Shown here piece by piece: positions 26,621 to 36,126 of a stretch of DNA of 64,000 nucleotides. Source of the DNA: Candidatus Saccharimonadota bacterium (GTDB lineage: Bacteria; Patescibacteriota; Saccharimonadia; Saccharimonadales; JACDBH01); the NCBI GenBank assembly GCA_013694995.1, contig JACDBH010000004.1:192995-256994 (forward strand). The letters run 5' to 3'. The position numbers and the translations under genes were made by a program. Each line of letters starts with the position of its first letter. Positions within the stretch are counted from its first letter, which is position 1. The notes beneath the pieces were generated by a model. It was given only the letters and a program-made list of their open reading frames with translations. It made no database searches and was not told the origin of the DNA.

Positions 26621-28393
26621 ATGAGACAAATTGCACGCATATTAAAATACACATCCGTATTGTGGCGGTATTACTTTGCAATATCTATATTTACGATTCT
26701 TCTAGCTGTAATGACGCTAGTTCAGCCTTTTATCACCGGCAAAGTTATCGATGAACTAAGGATGGGTACTGAAGCCCGTGTAGGGTTTGTACTATTTATG
26801 GCGGCAATAATATTCATTTTAGATTTTAGCAGCACGATTTTTAGTAACATCGGCGGCTATATTGGCGACCAGATGAAAGTTAAGCTCTCAAAAATCTTAA
26901 GTGAGCGTTATTACCAGCACATATTGCAATTGCCGCAGCAATACTTTGATACCGAACTAACCGGCAAGATTATTAATCGTCTTAACCGCTCCATAACTCA
27001 AATCGCTGATTTCATGCAGATGATGAGCAACAACTTCCTGCAATTTATCTTTAGTACTATTTTTTCGTTAGTGGTAGTAGCATTTTATAGCTGGCAGGTT
27101 GCACTGCTGCTGTTTGCACTCTATCCGATCTTCATTCTTATGACAGTACGCACAAGTAATACATGGCTAAAATTCCAAGCAAAGAAAAACGAGCACAGCG
27201 ATATAGCCAGTGGGCGCTTTGCTGAGGCCATCGGCCAGGTCAAGGTTGTAAAAAGTTTTATACAGGAAAAAAGAGAACTTAGTTTCTTAAATAAACACTA
27301 CAGTGCTGTTGTGTTTATTAATCGCCCTCAATCCAAGTATTGGCATGTCAATGACATCAAACGCCGCCTGATACTTAATGCAATTTTCTTCGGAGTGTAT
27401 GCGCTCATTTTTGTACAAGCCGCCCAAGGTACTTTGACCCCGGGGGAGGCAGTAGCACTTATCCTATACGCCATGAATATCCGTATTCCAATTTTTACTA
27501 TTAGTTTTTTGGTCGAGAATACCCAGCGAGCTGTCAGTGACAGCAAGGATTATTTTGAAATTATGGAGATCAAGCCGCAAATATCTGATAGTTTTGACGC
27601 TAAAACACTAAAAATAAGCAAGGGCGCGATTCGTTTTCAGGAAGTGAGTTTTGCTTATGATTCCAAACCAGTGTTGAATAATATTAGTTTTGGGATAAAA
27701 CCAGATAGCAAGGTTGCCCTGGTTGGAGAAAGTGGCGAAGGCAAGACAACGCTCACCAATCTTCTCATGCGGCTTTATGAGCCACAAACTGGTAGTATTC
27801 AAATAGACGGTCAAGATATCACTACAGTCACTCAAAGTAGTCTGCGTAATTCTATCGGTGTAGTATTTCAGGATCCTGCTCTTTTTAGTGGCTCGATTGC
27901 TGAAAATATCAGCTATGCCAACCCAAAAGCTAGCCGCGAGCAAATTATAGCTGCTGCCAAAGCCGCCAATGCAGACGAATTTGTCGATAAACTTAAAAAG
28001 GGCTATGAAACCGAGATTGGCGAGAGAGGCCTGCGGCTCAGTGGCGGCCAGAAACAACGCATTGCTATAGCACGGGCATTATTAAAAGACGCACCGATTT
28101 TAGTCCTGGATGAAGCTACTAGCAGTCTCGATAGTCGTTCTGAAGCTATGGTTCAAGAAGCCTTGGAGCGCTTGATGAAAAATCGTACTACAATTATTAT
28201 TGCTCACAGGCTCAGCACAATTCAAAACGTTGATGAAATAATTACCTTTAAGAATGGTGCGGTAGTTGAAATCGGTAGTCCTAATAAGCTGGCTAAATCA
28301 GGCGGGATATATGCACAGTTGCTTGAACTACAAATGCGTAAGCCGACCGAGCGCACCAAGCAACAGCTTAAAGACTATGAAATGGCAGTGTAG
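26621..28393 (+). CDS. ABC transporter, fused permease/ATPase (MsbA/multidrug-exporter type)
   Basis: 590 aa. 6-TM exporter domain, Walker A GESGEGKTT, signature LSGGQKQRIAIARA, Walker B ILVLDEATS. Confidence 0.9.
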   Translation: MRQIARILKYTSVLWRYYFAISIFTILLAVMTLVQPFITGKVIDELRMGTEARVGFVLFMAAIIFILDFSSTIFSNIGGYIGDQMKVKLSKILSERYYQHILQLPQQYFDTELTGKIINRLNRSITQIADFMQMMSNNFLQFIFSTIFSLVVVAFYSWQVALLLFALYPIFILMTVRTSNTWLKFQAKKNEHSDIASGRFAEAIGQVKVVKSFIQEKRELSFLNKHYSAVVFINRPQSKYWHVNDIKRRLILNAIFFGVYALIFVQAAQGTLTPGEAVALILYAMNIRIPIFTISFLVENTQRAVSDSKDYFEIMEIKPQISDSFDAKTLKISKGAIRFQEVSFAYDSKPVLNNISFGIKPDSKVALVGESGEGKTTLTNLLMRLYEPQTGSIQIDGQDITTVTQSSLRNSIGVVFQDPALFSGSIAENISYANPKASREQIIAAAKAANADEFVDKLKKGYETEIGERGLRLSGGQKQRIAIARALLKDAPILVLDEATSSLDSRSEAMVQEALERLMKNRTTIIIAHRLSTIQNVDEIITFKNGAVVEIGSPNKLAKSGGIYAQLLELQMRKPTERTKQQLKDYEMAV

Positions 28394-28419
28394 TTAATAA
28401 TGCATGTAAAATATACCTC

Positions 28420-28887
28420 ATGAGAAGAATAAGCTCGCGGGCAATTGTGCTGAAGGATAAAGAAATACTATTGATGAAGCGCTTTAAAATGGGACTAGAA
28501 TACTACACTTTGCCAGGAGGCAGCGTCGAACCGGGCGAATCATTGGAAAACGCTGCAATTAGGGAAGTTGCCGAGGAAACATCACTTGTTGTCGGTAGTC
28601 CGCACTTAGTGTTCGTCGAAGACGCAGCTCAGCCGTTTGGGCAACAAAATATCTTTTTATGTAGTTATATCAGCGGTGAACCTCACCTTCCGGAGACTTC
28701 AGAAGAAGCTTTCTGGTCAACACCTGGTAAAAATACATACGAACCCACATGGTTTCCGCAAGCAGACCTTAAGGGCATACCATTCGTTTCCCCGCTTTTA
28801 AAAGAAGCCATCATTATGGCACTGAAGCACGGATTTCCGAAAAAACCGTACCATTTTTCTGTTAAGCACTCGGAACGTTTAAGCTAA
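28420..28887 (+). CDS. NUDIX hydrolase
   Basis: 155 aa. Nudix box GGSVEPGESLENAAIREVAEETSL. Confidence 0.85.
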   Translation: MRRISSRAIVLKDKEILLMKRFKMGLEYYTLPGGSVEPGESLENAAIREVAEETSLVVGSPHLVFVEDAAQPFGQQNIFLCSYISGEPHLPETSEEAFWSTPGKNTYEPTWFPQADLKGIPFVSPLLKEAIIMALKHGFPKKPYHFSVKHSERLS

Positions 28888-28970
28888 ACTATTCTTAAAC
28901 TGAAGTTTTATTAAATTGCTAGTCTTTAGGTTATACTTAAGCCTACGATAATTCAGTGGAGGTAAATTAA

Positions 28971-29546
28971 GTGGCAGATAAATCAGTTTATGCCAGGCGG
29001 TTCGGCTCATTGTTTTTAGCAGGTATATTTTTATTCACAACACTAGCTTTTACAGGCCTACTTTTGTGGCAGACGCGTGAAAATAATAAAAAGCAAGCTG
29101 CCCTTGGAGATAATCCATTCGAAAGCCCTGACTCAACCCAATCGGAAGAGCAAACACTTCCGCCGCAGGAGCAACTTGGTGTTTTAGCTGAGTATACCCC
29201 TATGGTTCAACCTGTTACCGAGCTGCAAGTAATCGATCTAGTTCCTGGTACGGGGGCCGAAGTTAAGGCCGATTCTGCCTTTAAAGCACACTATACTGGT
29301 GCTTTTGCCGTAAATGGTGAGATATTCGGCAGTACTAAAAATGATGAACCCCTGGATTTTACTTTTGATAGTGTTCTTCCCGGGTGGCAGCAAGGTGTTC
29401 CTGGCACGAAAGTTGGCGGCATACGGCGGCTAATTATACCCGCCAGTCTTGCCTATGGTGAAGCTCCGGAAGGCTACATTCCTAATGCGCAAAGTAGGCC
29501 ACTGGGTGCATTAGTATTTGATGTAGAGGTTATATCAATAAATTAA
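28971..29546 (+). CDS. FKBP-type peptidyl-prolyl isomerase, membrane-anchored
   Basis: 191 aa. GTG start with GGAGG SD. N-terminal TM, then an FKBP domain (AHYTGAFAVNGEIFGST, GWQQGVPGTKVGGIRRLIIP, LVFDVEVI). Confidence 0.85.
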   Translation: MADKSVYARRFGSLFLAGIFLFTTLAFTGLLLWQTRENNKKQAALGDNPFESPDSTQSEEQTLPPQEQLGVLAEYTPMVQPVTELQVIDLVPGTGAEVKADSAFKAHYTGAFAVNGEIFGSTKNDEPLDFTFDSVLPGWQQGVPGTKVGGIRRLIIPASLAYGEAPEGYIPNAQSRPLGALVFDVEVISIN

Positions 29547-29608
29547 CGGTTTAATGCGTCTTAGGAAAACATATATTTAATAAGTCTTTAAATATTTTAG
29601 GAGAAAAC

Positions 29609-29995
29609 ATGTTAAAAGGAACACTACTGTCGGGTTTTTCGCCAATCACTGAACCGGTCACAGAACTTCAAGTCACTGACCTTACCTTAGGTACAAGCGA
29701 CGAAGTCGCTGCGGGCGCTACAATAACGGCTCATTATACGGGAGCATATGCAATAAATGGTGAAATATTTGAAAGCTCCAAAGATAGCCCTCAACCAGCA
29801 ACCTTCCCGCTAGGCAATGTCATACAGGGCTGGCAGCAAGGCGTGCCCGGCATGAAAGTTGGCGGCACGCGACGGTTAGTTATCCCTGGTGTCCAAGCAT
29901 ACGGCGAAGCACCTGAGGGTTATACTCCTGGTAGCACGGACCGTCCTATGGGAACTCTTGTGTTTGACATAGAACTTATTTCTATCGGACAATAA
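29609..29995 (+). CDS. FKBP-type peptidyl-prolyl isomerase, soluble paralog
   Basis: 128 aa. Same FKBP motifs (AHYTGAYAINGEIFESS, GWQQGVPGMKVGGTRRLVIP, LVFDIELI). Tandem duplicate of the preceding gene's domain. Confidence 0.85.
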   Translation: MLKGTLLSGFSPITEPVTELQVTDLTLGTSDEVAAGATITAHYTGAYAINGEIFESSKDSPQPATFPLGNVIQGWQQGVPGMKVGGTRRLVIPGVQAYGEAPEGYTPGSTDRPMGTLVFDIELISIGQ

Positions 29996-30011
29996 TATGC
30001 AAAAACACAAC

Positions 30012-30049
30012 ATATAGCGTGTTGACCCTAAACATAAACGCTATATAAT
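30012..30049 (+). promoter_or_regulatory. promoter (TTGACC-N16-TATAAT) bracketed by a 9-bp inverted repeat
   Basis: -35 at 30022-30027, -10 at 30044-30049. ATATAGCGT (30012-30020) and ACGCTATAT (30038-30046) are exact reverse complements flanking or overlapping the promoter. Confidence 0.4.
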
Positions 30050-30093
30050 GGGTATTAGCTTAAAAAAACAACCTAGTTCTAAGGAGCTATTAA

Positions 30094-30342
30094 ATGGCCA
30101 AAAAAATCACTATCTATACAACTAACACTTGCGCGTACTGTGTTATGGTCAAAAAGTGGCTTACCAACAAAGGCATGGTCTATGAAGAAGTAAATATAGA
30201 TAATGAGCCACACCGTCAGCAGGAAGCTCTAGCAATAAGCGGTGCCTTGACCGTACCGGTTACGGTTGTTACCAAGGAAGATGATACAAAAGAGGTGGTG
30301 ATAGGCTTCAATCTAGCCCGCCTGGCACCTGCGGTAGCATAA
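30094..30342 (+). CDS. glutaredoxin-like / NrdH-type small redoxin
   Basis: 82 aa. Thioredoxin fold with CAYC active site (TNTCAYCVMVKKWL) and TVPV motif. Confidence 0.8.
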   Translation: MAKKITIYTTNTCAYCVMVKKWLTNKGMVYEEVNIDNEPHRQQEALAISGALTVPVTVVTKEDDTKEVVIGFNLARLAPAVA

Positions 30343-30514
30343 CTATGACCTGGCGCGGTGCATATTGCTTCCAAATATCAGCTTAGCACTCACTATATTT
30401 AAAATAATCTTTTACGATCTTCGATATATAAACCAGTTTTGCTTACACAAGAACATCAGGAGTCCATTTAAAGCTTTCCATAATCTGTAATGATGCGTAA
30501 AATAGGATGAACTA

Positions 30515-31495
30515 ATGGATATTGATACAAAAGTGCATGAATTGGTGATTGTAGGGGCGGGGCCTGCCGCTTTGAGTGCGGCAATCTATACGACACGCGA
30601 AGATATACAGACCGTTTTGTACGAAAAGGCGGTACCTGGTGGGCTTATTTCGACGACAGACTGGGTCGACAATTACCCCGGATTTCCAGACGGTATTGCT
30701 GGTTTGGAACTAGGGGATGCCATGCGAAAACAGGCAGAACGTTTTGGTGCAGTTATCGAACTCGGTGAAGTTATGAAGATAGTTAACGAGGGCGAACGTA
30801 AAAAACTGGAAACTACTGATGGTGATGTCTATGCCAAAATAGTATTGATTGCAACCGGATCAGGTTATAAGAAGATCGGCGTGCCCGGTGAGGATGAATA
30901 TTATGCCCGAGGCGTTCATTACTGCGCGACATGTGACGGGGCATTTTACCGTGACAAACGGCTGGTTGTGGTGGGTGGGGGAAACTCAGCCGTGCAGGAG
31001 GCGATGTTCCTGACCCGTTTTTCAAGCCACATAGATATGCTAGTACGCTCGGACTTCAGGGCTTCGGAAGTACTCATTCATGAGATGGAAAAAAAATTCA
31101 AAGATAAAATTACCGTTCATAAAAACACTACTACAGATGAGATTATTGGCGAGCAAAAAGAAGGATTAAAGTTTAAAACAGTCACAAAAGTAATTGGTAC
31201 CGATAAAATTTCAAATAAAAAAATAGAATTTGAAACTGATGGCGTTTTTGTGTTTGTGGGTTTGCAGCCTAACACCGAGTTTGCAGGCGAGAGTGGTATT
31301 GAACTGGACAAAATCGGACTTGTAAAAAGTAATGAAAATCTAGAAACAAATATGCCCGGTGTCTTCGTCGTCGGTGACTGCCGTTCAGGCGCAACGATGC
31401 AGATTGCTACTGCAGTCGGCGAAGGTGCCACTGCTGCCTTGCGTATCCGTGAATACCTTGAGGGCAGAAAAGCTGGTACGTCTACCTTGTATTAA
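30515..31495 (+). CDS. trxB: thioredoxin-disulfide reductase
   Basis: 326 aa. FAD site VGAGPAALSAA, redox site CATCDG, NADPH site GGGNSAVQEA, C-terminal GDC. Confidence 0.9.
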   Translation: MDIDTKVHELVIVGAGPAALSAAIYTTREDIQTVLYEKAVPGGLISTTDWVDNYPGFPDGIAGLELGDAMRKQAERFGAVIELGEVMKIVNEGERKKLETTDGDVYAKIVLIATGSGYKKIGVPGEDEYYARGVHYCATCDGAFYRDKRLVVVGGGNSAVQEAMFLTRFSSHIDMLVRSDFRASEVLIHEMEKKFKDKITVHKNTTTDEIIGEQKEGLKFKTVTKVIGTDKISNKKIEFETDGVFVFVGLQPNTEFAGESGIELDKIGLVKSNENLETNMPGVFVVGDCRSGATMQIATAVGEGATAALRIREYLEGRKAGTSTLY

Positions 31496-32150
31496 ATCTG
31501 TCCGGAAAATCGGTAATACAGGCATATAGCCCGGCCCGTTCAAAGCGTCGGGCTTTCTTAATGTCATTCAAGGTGTAAGCTGATAGTTTATATCCGTTGC
31601 GAGTTAAGCTGCTAATAAATCCACTCCAGAGCCAGCGTTGATTCATAGCTATATATTTAGTGCTTAACTTGCGGGCCCGGTGTGTCGCCCGTACTCCAGA
31701 CCAAGCATCATTAATTACAATTTCTATTTCAGGTAAATTTTTATGAACAGCCCAAAGAATTTTATAATCGAACGATGCAACTTGAATGGTCAATCCACTG
31801 GCCATTCTTACAGCGTAGAGTTTTAGAACCTGGAGAATTGGCGCAATTTGTACTTCAGGCTTAATTTCGACTATGACGGAGACACGATGAGACGTATATT
31901 CCAGAGCGGCATCAAAAGTAAGCAAGCCAGGAAGACTTTGTACAAGTTCCGAATAAGTTGACTGGCTGACTAGACGCCGTAAACCGCCTATAATTACATA
32001 CTTATCGTGTAAGACTACCGGGATGCTATCTTTACTTGTTCGCACATCAATTTCTATAGCAGCTACATTGTGCGCTATGGCTGCATCAAAGCTGGCGATT
32101 GTATTTTCGGGAGCTAGGCCGCGTGCGCCCCGGTGGCCAATGATTTTCAT
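31482..32150 (-). CDS. glycerophosphodiester phosphodiesterase family protein
   Basis: 222 aa. HRGARGLAPENT and EIDV signatures. The 3' end overlaps the trxB 3' end by 14 nt (convergent). Confidence 0.85.
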   Translation of the reverse strand: MKIIGHRGARGLAPENTIASFDAAIAHNVAAIEIDVRTSKDSIPVVLHDKYVIIGGLRRLVSQSTYSELVQSLPGLLTFDAALEYTSHRVSVIVEIKPEVQIAPILQVLKLYAVRMASGLTIQVASFDYKILWAVHKNLPEIEIVINDAWSGVRATHRARKLSTKYIAMNQRWLWSGFISSLTRNGYKLSAYTLNDIKKARRFERAGLYACITDFPDRFNTR

Positions 32151-32193
32151 TCATCTCTAGTGTACAATATCTCTAAACAACTAAGGAGACAAA

Positions 32194-32721
32194 ATGGCTG
32201 ATTATAATGCACTGTACGATGCGGGTGATATAGACGGTGGAGTCATTACGACTGTCGTTGAAATCCCAAAATGGTCAACCTTAAAAATTGAATGGAACCG
32301 CAAGACCTGCGTATTCGAGCTTGACAGGGTTGAGCCTAGTATTTTTGCAAAACCTACCAACTACGGTTTTATACCGCAAACACTAGATGGGGATGGTGAT
32401 GAGCTGGATACATTACTACTTACAAACGATCCAGTACCAACCGGGGTAGTTGTTAAGGCGACCGTGTTGGGTGTGCTGAATTTTGAAGACGACGGTGAAG
32501 AAGATCACAAGATTGTCTGTGTCCCTGCTGATGATCGCAACACTGGGAATGCAATGAAATCCCTTAATGACTTACATGACCAGTGGAAACAAAAGATTGA
32601 GCACCACTTTAACCATTACAAGGACCTGAAAAAGCCCGGCACGACGAAAGTCTTAGGCTGGGGTGATGTAGAAGACGCCAAAGCCATCATAAAAGACTGC
32701 CAGGCTAGGTTCAAGAAGTAG
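32194..32721 (+). CDS. ppa: inorganic pyrophosphatase (family I)
   Basis: 175 aa. YGFIPQTLDGDGDELD and DDGEEDHKIV active-site acidic clusters. Confidence 0.9.
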   Translation: MADYNALYDAGDIDGGVITTVVEIPKWSTLKIEWNRKTCVFELDRVEPSIFAKPTNYGFIPQTLDGDGDELDTLLLTNDPVPTGVVVKATVLGVLNFEDDGEEDHKIVCVPADDRNTGNAMKSLNDLHDQWKQKIEHHFNHYKDLKKPGTTKVLGWGDVEDAKAIIKDCQARFKK

Positions 32722-32798
32722 CGTATCCTGAAAAATTGTTGAAACCATAAGCATAAACCCGTACAATAACCCCTAACGAGCTAATAACAAGGGGATAT

Positions 32799-33863
32799 AT
32801 GAAAACAAGGGTGGCAATCAATGGGTTCGGGCGTATTGGCCGGAACGCTTTTAAGGTAGCTTTTGAGCGAGGTGATTTGGAAGTTGTTGCCATTAACGAC
32901 TTAACGGATACAAAGACATTATCACACCTACTGAAACACGACAGCAATTACGGGACTTACCAGCACGAAGTCAGCTCAGATGAGCATGGCATAACCGTTA
33001 AAGGCAAACATATAAAAGTTTTTGCCGAACGCGATCCAGCTCTTCTTCCATGGCGCGAAAACCATGTTGACGTTGTTATCGAATCGACCGGTTTCTTTGT
33101 TGATCCAGCGAAAGCCAAAGCCCATCTAGAAGCGGGTGCTAAAAAAGTTGTTATAAGTGCCCCTGCCAAAGGCGAAGGCGCTACTACGATTGTTATTGGA
33201 GTGAATGAGGACAAACTTGAGGATGCAAGCGAAATAGTAAGCAATGCGTCTTGCACCACGAACTGCATTACGCCTGTCATGGCAGTACTCGAGAATAATT
33301 TTGGTATCCAAAAAGCCATGATGACCACGGTACATAGTTATACTGCGTCCCAAGCTCTGCAGGACGCACCCAGCAAAGATCTTCGCGAAGGACGCAATGC
33401 AGCCGAAAACATCGTTCCAACCACCACCGGCGCATCAATTGCCGCCGCCCAAGCACTACCTGCATTAAAAGGTATTTTTGGTGGGCTTAGTATCCGGGTA
33501 CCGACCCCTGTAGTATCTTTGAGCGATTTTGTGGTTATCACAAAGCGTGATGTCACTGTTGAAGAGGTCAATAATGTATTTAAAAAAGCTGCCAAAGAAC
33601 CCTACTACCAAGGGATTTTAGCCGTCAGCGAGGAAGAACTTGTTTCTCGCGACTATATAGGCAACAGTCATTCGGCTACGGTTGATTTAAAACTAACGGC
33701 GGTTGTCGGCGGTAATATGCTCAAAGTCGTCGCTTGGTATGACAACGAATGGGGTTACAGTAACCGTTTGGTAGAAAACGTAGCTGATATCGGCCGCCTG
33801 CTGCACAAATCCGGCCATCACAGCGACCACCACACGATCAAATCCCACGAACACAACGAATAA
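32799..33863 (+). CDS. gap: type I glyceraldehyde-3-phosphate dehydrogenase with His-rich C-terminal tail
   Basis: 354 aa. NGFGRIGR, active site SNASCTTNC, WYDNEWGYS. Extra tail SGHHSDHHTIKSHEHNE. Confidence 0.95.
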   Translation: MKTRVAINGFGRIGRNAFKVAFERGDLEVVAINDLTDTKTLSHLLKHDSNYGTYQHEVSSDEHGITVKGKHIKVFAERDPALLPWRENHVDVVIESTGFFVDPAKAKAHLEAGAKKVVISAPAKGEGATTIVIGVNEDKLEDASEIVSNASCTTNCITPVMAVLENNFGIQKAMMTTVHSYTASQALQDAPSKDLREGRNAAENIVPTTTGASIAAAQALPALKGIFGGLSIRVPTPVVSLSDFVVITKRDVTVEEVNNVFKKAAKEPYYQGILAVSEEELVSRDYIGNSHSATVDLKLTAVVGGNMLKVVAWYDNEWGYSNRLVENVADIGRLLHKSGHHSDHHTIKSHEHNE

Positions 33864-33864
33864 T

Positions 33865-34317
33865 ATGAAAATATACATCGGCGCGGACCATGGTGGTTTC
33901 CACTTAAAAGAACAAGTCGAGATGTATTTAAAACAGCATGGCTATGACGCAGAGGATGAGGGCAACAATATCCTTGATCCGGATGATGATTACCCGCAGT
34001 TTGCTGCCAAAGTTGCTACGAATGTTTTAAGCAGTAAGGATTCCGATGCAAGGGGTATACTTGTTTGCTCTGGTGCGCAGGGTGTAGCAATAGCCGCCAA
34101 CCGGCATAAGGGCATTCGGGCATCTGTCGTATGGGATGCCCACGAAGCTCGCATGACGCGCAATGACAATGACAGTAATATTTTATGTCTTCCTGGACGT
34201 ATCATGAACGATAAGCCTGAGCTATGGCAGGGTGTAGTAGAAACGTGGTTGGCGACTCCTTTTAGCCACGCACCACGTCATCGCCGACGGGTCGAGGAGC
34301 TTGATAAATTAGGATAA
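33865..34317 (+). CDS. rpiB: ribose-5-phosphate isomerase B
   Basis: 150 aa. IGADHGGFHLKE, CSGAQGVAIAANR and the RpiB/LacA/LacB fold pattern. Confidence 0.9.
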   Translation: MKIYIGADHGGFHLKEQVEMYLKQHGYDAEDEGNNILDPDDDYPQFAAKVATNVLSSKDSDARGILVCSGAQGVAIAANRHKGIRASVVWDAHEARMTRNDNDSNILCLPGRIMNDKPELWQGVVETWLATPFSHAPRHRRRVEELDKLG

Positions 34318-34319
34318 AC

Positions 34320-34964
34320 ATGGCTGTTATTTGTCCCACTGTCACTACCCTGACGCAAAAAGATTACCGCGAATCGATTGAACGGATTAGTGACTTTGCC
34401 GAGAGAATCCATATTGACTTTGCCGATGGGTATTTTGCGCCATCAAAACTGATGCCGATAGATGAAGTATGGTGGCCAGTGGGTATGGTAGTAGATTTTC
34501 ACATTATGTACAAAGAACCGCTGGCTTATATCGAGGATATTATTGTCCAGCAACCGCACCTTGTTATTATCCATGCCGAAAGTGAAAACGTCGGTGAATT
34601 TTTGGACGAAATGCATAGCCTGGGTATTAAGCTTGGTCTGGCATTACTTAAAGAAACACCGGTCAGTACCATCGAAAAATACTTGCCGAAACTCGACCAT
34701 GTGCTGGTATTCAGCGGAGACCTTGGACATTACGGCGGCAATGTCAATTTTGAACTATTAGATAAGGTTATTCAGCTTCACGAACTTAAACCTAATATAG
34801 AAATTGGTTGGGATGGTGGTATCAACGATGAAACTGCCGGTAGATTGGTAGAGGGCGGGGTTGATGTATTGAATGTAGGCGGTTTTATACAGAAGAACCA
34901 AGATCCAGAAAGTGCCTATGATACACTGTTAGCTAGCATAAACGTAAGAGAGAAAACAAAATGA
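34320..34964 (+). CDS. rpe: ribulose-phosphate 3-epimerase
   Basis: 214 aa. HIDFADGYFAP, H..ES and GWDGGIN motifs of the Rpe TIM barrel. Divergent from canonical Rpe. Confidence 0.75.
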   Translation: MAVICPTVTTLTQKDYRESIERISDFAERIHIDFADGYFAPSKLMPIDEVWWPVGMVVDFHIMYKEPLAYIEDIIVQQPHLVIIHAESENVGEFLDEMHSLGIKLGLALLKETPVSTIEKYLPKLDHVLVFSGDLGHYGGNVNFELLDKVIQLHELKPNIEIGWDGGINDETAGRLVEGGVDVLNVGGFIQKNQDPESAYDTLLASINVREKTK

Positions 34965-35809
34965 CCGTCCCAGAGCTGGAGCTCAAAGCCAACGATATCC
35001 GTCAGGATATTATCCGCATGCTAGAAGAAGCAGGTTCAGGCCATTCGGCTGGCCCATTGGGGCTTACTGATATTTTTACGGCGCTTTATTTTGATGTTAT
35101 GAATTATGACTCCCAAAATCCTAACTGGGATAAACGGGATATTCTCTTGCTAAGCAATGGCCACTGCGTGCCAGTCCAGTATGCCACCATGGCTCATGCT
35201 GGATTTTTTGACCGCAAAGAGCTACGGACGCTTCGTAAATTTGGCTCCAGGTTACAGGGGCACCCCGAACGAACCAAACTCCCCGGTTTAGAAAATACTA
35301 GTGGACCACTAGGCTGTGGTCTTAGTCAAGCTAGTGGTATGGCGCTTGCGATGCGCATGGATAAGCAACACCACCGCTGGATTTATGTAGTACTAAGCGA
35401 CGGTGAGTTAAATGAGGGTAACGTTTGGGAAGCAGCCATGCTGGCATCTAAATACAAGCTCAACAACATTATCGGCATAATAGACCGTAATAACATTCAA
35501 ATCGACGGACCGACAGAGTCAGTCATGCCATTAGAAGATTTGAGCGCCAAATGGGAAAGTTTCGGCTGGCATGTAATCGAAATAGATGGTAATAACATCG
35601 AGGCAGTAATCGACGCCTATGCTATGGCCCGGGCAATCGTGGAGAAGCCGGTGATGATTATTGCCCACACGGTTCCTGGTAAAGGAGTTGATTTTATGGA
35701 ATACGATTTCCACTGGCATGGAATGCCACCAGACCTTGAACAGGCCAAATTGGCACTCAAGGAACTAAGAACATTGAAAGGTAAAATTAAAAGTGAGGCA
35801 GATGAATAA
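34961..35809 (+). CDS. transketolase, N-terminal (TPP-binding) subunit
   Basis: 282 aa. GSGHSAGPLG, SNGH, GPLGCGLSQA, SDGELNEGNVWEA. 4-nt overlap with rpe. Confidence 0.9.
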   Translation: MTVPELELKANDIRQDIIRMLEEAGSGHSAGPLGLTDIFTALYFDVMNYDSQNPNWDKRDILLLSNGHCVPVQYATMAHAGFFDRKELRTLRKFGSRLQGHPERTKLPGLENTSGPLGCGLSQASGMALAMRMDKQHHRWIYVVLSDGELNEGNVWEAAMLASKYKLNNIIGIIDRNNIQIDGPTESVMPLEDLSAKWESFGWHVIEIDGNNIEAVIDAYAMARAIVEKPVMIIAHTVPGKGVDFMEYDFHWHGMPPDLEQAKLALKELRTLKGKIKSEADE

Positions 35810-36126
35810 TGAGCGATGTAACGGAAGTCAATAAATTAGTTAGCGACAATACGCCGGAGATTTTGGCTAGTAAAGGTATCACGGCAAAATTTCATGAAGC
35901 CGACCACGACCAATATGAGATCGAACTACTGGAAAAACTACGAGAGGAAGTACTGGAATTCAAAAATAACAAATCAATAGTCCAACTTTCCGATCTTCTA
36001 ATAACTGTTGATGCTGTCGTTGAGCTGCATGGATGGGGTCAAGAAGATGTCCTGGCAGCCAAAGCTGAAAGACTTAATGAAAAAGGTGGCTACTCTAAGC
36101 GATTGATATTGGAACAGACTGAGTGA
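35809..36126 (+). CDS. MazG-superfamily all-alpha NTP pyrophosphohydrolase (COG4997-like)
   Basis: 105 aa. NKLVSDNTPEIL...LLEKLREEVLEF...LSDLLITVDAVVE...ERLNEKGGYSKRLILE parallels the KLVRDKIPEI/EE.EY/ELADL/KRGGF pattern of this family. Overlaps both neighbours (1 nt and 4 nt). Confidence 0.65.
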   Translation: MSDVTEVNKLVSDNTPEILASKGITAKFHEADHDQYEIELLEKLREEVLEFKNNKSIVQLSDLLITVDAVVELHGWGQEDVLAAKAERLNEKGGYSKRLILEQTE

